From Sedimentisphaerales bacterium (lineage in GTDB: Bacteria; Planctomycetota; Phycisphaerae; Sedimentisphaerales; Anaerobacaceae), in contig OY970194.1 of NCBI GenBank assembly GCA_963708075.1, positions 4,640,001 to 4,704,000 on the forward strand: a stretch of DNA of 64,000 nt. Reading direction: 5' to 3'. This document shows positions 61,059 to 64,000 of this stretch, one piece after another. The translations under genes were made by a program, and so were the position numbers. A model generated the notes under the pieces. That model saw only the letters and a list, made by a program, of their open reading frames with translations. It was not told where the DNA came from and did not search any database. Numbering within the stretch: the first letter of the stretch is position 1; the number at the start of each line of letters is the position of its first letter.

Positions 61059-63137
61059 TTAACTGAAGAAAGTCCGGACGATGTCATTGAAAGTGACGTA
61101 CACCAGGAGCGCAAGAACCATCGCCCAGCCCGCGTAGGCAACAACGCCCTGGGCCCGCTCGCTCAAGGCGGTGCCGCGGATCTTTTCAATGATCATCAGT
61201 ACGACCAACCCACCGTCGAAAGGAGGGATGGGCAAGAAGTTCAGTACGGCGATTGTGGCGCTGATCAGGCCGAGGAAGTAGGCATAATTGACCAGCGGCT
61301 GCTCTTTTACGATCTGGTAGCTGAACGTAATGATGCCGACGGGGCCCATCAGGTACTTCGGACTGATCAACCCGCTGAGGAGCTGCTTGAGCGTGACGTA
61401 GGTTTGTGCGATGAACATCACGGTCCTGCGGTATCCCATGCCGAGCGCATCGAGCGGCCCGATGGCTTGGTACAGCTTCTCCAGGTTCATGAAAGGCACC
61501 GCCTCGGACAGCTTCGGCTCGACCCCGACAATCTGCTGGGCCAGCTTCAGAGTAACCCCGCCCTCCGTCTGCCCGTCGAGCTGGTAGCGCAGGGTGACCT
61601 CCTGATTGCCCCACTGGCGCACCTCGCGGACAACGTCATAGAAGCTCGAAACCGGCTTGTCATTGACGCTGACGATCCTTGCTCCGCGAGGTATCTCCAG
61701 CGCGGGAGCGCCATCCACAGAGATTGTATTGGCGACAATCGCGTGCTGCGCATCGAGCGCGGGCGCGAAGCCGATCACGATGCGGCTGGTGTCGCGCTCC
61801 TGCTTCGGAGTCACCGTAATCGCCAGTGTCTGTTCCACGCCATTGGCATCCATTCGCAAGACCGTCAGCGGCAAGGGCGTGCCCTCGTGTGTTTCAGTAA
61901 TGTCGCGAAGCTCCTTGTAGGTGGGGTTTTGGAGGTCCGCCGCCGCGAGGATAATATCGTCGACACGGAGGCGCTGTGCCGGCTCCGCTCCATCTTTGGC
62001 CTTAGCCGCGGGGGCAGCGGCGACGCCCGCGACACGAAGGCGGGGGACCATCGAGTACACCTGACTCAGATCCGCGTTCGTCTCAATCTCGCCGTTCTTG
62101 GCCGCCGGCCAATCGAGAGGCAGTTCGGTCTGAATTCGCTCGGCGCCGTCGGCTGCCTGACGCTCGGCCGTGATCTTGATCGTGGGGGTGAACATCTGCC
62201 CCACGACGCTGTCGAACTCCCAGATGTGCGAGACGTCTGTGCCATCCACGGCTACGATGCGATCTCCGGGACGCAGCTTGGTTCGCTCCTCCAGTATCTC
62301 AGACTGCTCGATCGGGGCGATCTTCAGGCTGCGCGGCGGAATGATGCCAAACTCGCGAAGCGAGGTTCCCGCCGACCCCTTGGCGACCAACTGCTTCTTC
62401 TCGATGGTGCCGTCCTGATGGCGGACTGTTACCGGCACCACTTCCCCGATATCGGATAGCGCCGAGGCAATCAAAATGCTGCTGAAATCCAGGTCCTTGT
62501 TCATGCCGTCGATTTCGATGACCTCGTCGCCCGGCTTGAGGCCGGCCTTGGCCGCGGGCGAGCCCACAGCGACCCCTCCGACGACAGGGGGCATCAACTC
62601 GATGCCCACCAGAAAGACGACCATGAAGATCAAGGCGGCACTGATGACGTTGAAGGTTACACCCGCCGCGATTACGGCGATGCGGGTACTGATGGGCTTA
62701 CGGGCAAAGGACCGTGGATCGTCAACCTGTTTCACCGGGCCGGTGTCTTCCTGGCCCAGGAGCTTGACGTAGCCTCCGAACGGAAAGACGCCGATGCGAT
62801 ACTCCGTCTCCTCGGGCGGTTCCTCCGGCTCTTCGTTCTTGCCTGCGGTGAAACTGGGCAGGACCCGGAACTTGAACCCGGCCTTCGTCTTGCGGATTCC
62901 CAGGAGCGTCGGGGGCATGAAGATGGAGAAGGCCTCGACCTTGATCCCGCCCAGCTTGGCGATGATGAAATGGCCGAACTCGTGCACCAGCACGACGGCG
63001 CCGAAGCCGAGCAGAACGACAATCACATTGCTGACTACCCCGATGTTCCGCGCGATCAAATAGACCACCACCCCGGCGACCGCCACCCAGAACACACCAT
63101 TGAATAGTCTCATCCGTGTCTTTGCCGTATCCGTCAT
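61059..63137 (-). CDS. rseP: RIP metalloprotease RseP with multiple PDZ domains
   Basis: VHEFGHF, PFGGYVKL, AGVTFN, NFLPIPPFDGG; downstream of dxr. Confidence 0.92.
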   Translation of the reverse strand: MTDTAKTRMRLFNGVFWVAVAGVVVYLIARNIGVVSNVIVVLLGFGAVVLVHEFGHFIIAKLGGIKVEAFSIFMPPTLLGIRKTKAGFKFRVLPSFTAGKNEEPEEPPEETEYRIGVFPFGGYVKLLGQEDTGPVKQVDDPRSFARKPISTRIAVIAAGVTFNVISAALIFMVVFLVGIELMPPVVGGVAVGSPAAKAGLKPGDEVIEIDGMNKDLDFSSILIASALSDIGEVVPVTVRHQDGTIEKKQLVAKGSAGTSLREFGIIPPRSLKIAPIEQSEILEERTKLRPGDRIVAVDGTDVSHIWEFDSVVGQMFTPTIKITAERQAADGAERIQTELPLDWPAAKNGEIETNADLSQVYSMVPRLRVAGVAAAPAAKAKDGAEPAQRLRVDDIILAAADLQNPTYKELRDITETHEGTPLPLTVLRMDANGVEQTLAITVTPKQERDTSRIVIGFAPALDAQHAIVANTISVDGAPALEIPRGARIVSVNDKPVSSFYDVVREVRQWGNQEVTLRYQLDGQTEGGVTLKLAQQIVGVEPKLSEAVPFMNLEKLYQAIGPLDALGMGYRRTVMFIAQTYVTLKQLLSGLISPKYLMGPVGIITFSYQIVKEQPLVNYAYFLGLISATIAVLNFLPIPPFDGGLVVLMIIEKIRGTALSERAQGVVAYAGWAMVLALLVYVTFNDIVRTFFS

Positions 63138-63256
63138 TCAAACGCTCCAAGAATTTACCATTTACGATTTACCATTTACGATTTACCTTTCCTGCTGCAC
63201 CGGTCGCCGCCGGCGCACGGTCAAATCGTAAGCAGACTCATTCACATCCATCTATT

Positions 63257-64000
63257 TCATCGACGGACGAATAGCTTATCCTTAACTTCTCTTCTCGCCC
63301 ACGCGTCGGCCTCGAGCAACTCATCCAGGCACGTTGTATGCTGAATCTCATGTTTACTCAGACAATGCTCGACCAGTTCCATGATCTGCAGGAACTTGAT
63401 CTCGCCGGCCCGAAACCGCTCGACGGCCGCTTCATTGGCGGCATTGAACACGACCGCCGCCGTGCCGCCGACCCTGCCGACCTCATAGGCCAGCGGCAGC
63501 GCCCGAAACGTCTCGGGGCTGGGCCGCTCAAAATGCAGCTCGCCGATCTCCTCCAGCCGCAGACGCTTGGCAATGCCGGGGACGCGATCCGGGTACGTCA
63601 GGGCGTACTGGATCGGCAGACACATGTCCGGCTCGCCGAGCTGGGCGACTACAGAGCCGTCCACAAACTCCACCAGCGAATGGATGATCGACTCAGGATG
63701 GATCAGGACCTCGATCCTGTCGACCGGCACATTGAACAGCCACCGGGCCTCGATCACCTCCAGCGCCTTGTTCATCATGGTCGCCGAGTCAATCGTGATC
63801 TTCGGGCCCATATTCCATACGGGATGATCCAATGCCTGTTCGAGCGTTACCTCCTGCAACTCGTCCAGCGTCGCCCCGCGAAACGGCCCGCCCGAGCCGG
63901 TCAGCAGGATTCGCTGCACTTCCTGGGCCGTGCCTGATCGCATCGCCTGAAAGACGGCCGAGTGCTCGCTGTCCACCGGAAGCAGCGTGCTGCCGTGTTC
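63257..64000 (-). CDS. dxr: 1-deoxy-D-xylulose-5-phosphate reductoisomerase (5' part outside window)
   Basis: LPVDSEHSA, SGGPF, HPVWNMGPKITIDSATMMNK, NAANE. Confidence 0.97.
   Translation of the reverse strand, partial: EHGSTLLPVDSEHSAVFQAMRSGTAQEVQRILLTGSGGPFRGATLDELQEVTLEQALDHPVWNMGPKITIDSATMMNKALEVIEARWLFNVPVDRIEVLIHPESIIHSLVEFVDGSVVAQLGEPDMCLPIQYALTYPDRVPGIAKRLRLEEIGELHFERPSPETFRALPLAYEVGRVGGTAAVVFNAANEAAVERFRAGEIKFLQIMELVEHCLSKHEIQHTTCLDELLEADAWARREVKDKLFVRR

Noticed and set aside
1..64000. tRNA/rRNA genes or prophage
   Set aside because: None recognised by eye; a tRNAscan/Rfam run would be needed to exclude them fully

Overview
GC-rich bacterial chromosome window. Gene content (six prepilin-type/H-X9-DG proteins, PEP-CTERM proteins, an ECF sigma triplet) suggests Planctomycetota, probably Phycisphaerae (inference). 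Housekeeping genes (rluD-like, fumarate hydratase alpha, metK, rsmA, pdxA, riboflavin synthase, thyA-like, PPIase, SHMT-like, rseP, dxr) are interspersed with exported hydrolases, one IS1182-family and one IS3-family element, and two small atypical islets (HEPN protein; PD-(D/E)XK nuclease plus membrane protein). The non-coding DNA is unusually rich: a RAYT transposase with its dispersed GGGTGGCA-ended REPINs, several other REP families, a three-level nested insertion, a 9-unit ACAAAGCCA repeat/spacer array, 7- and 9-mer tandem repeats that also invade coding regions, and three candidate structured RNAs (before the HEPN gene, before metK, and free-standing at ~54.6 kb). Frameshift clusters at 52-54 kb and 60 kb probably reflect sequence errors. 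All calls come from motif recognition by eye; no database search was run.
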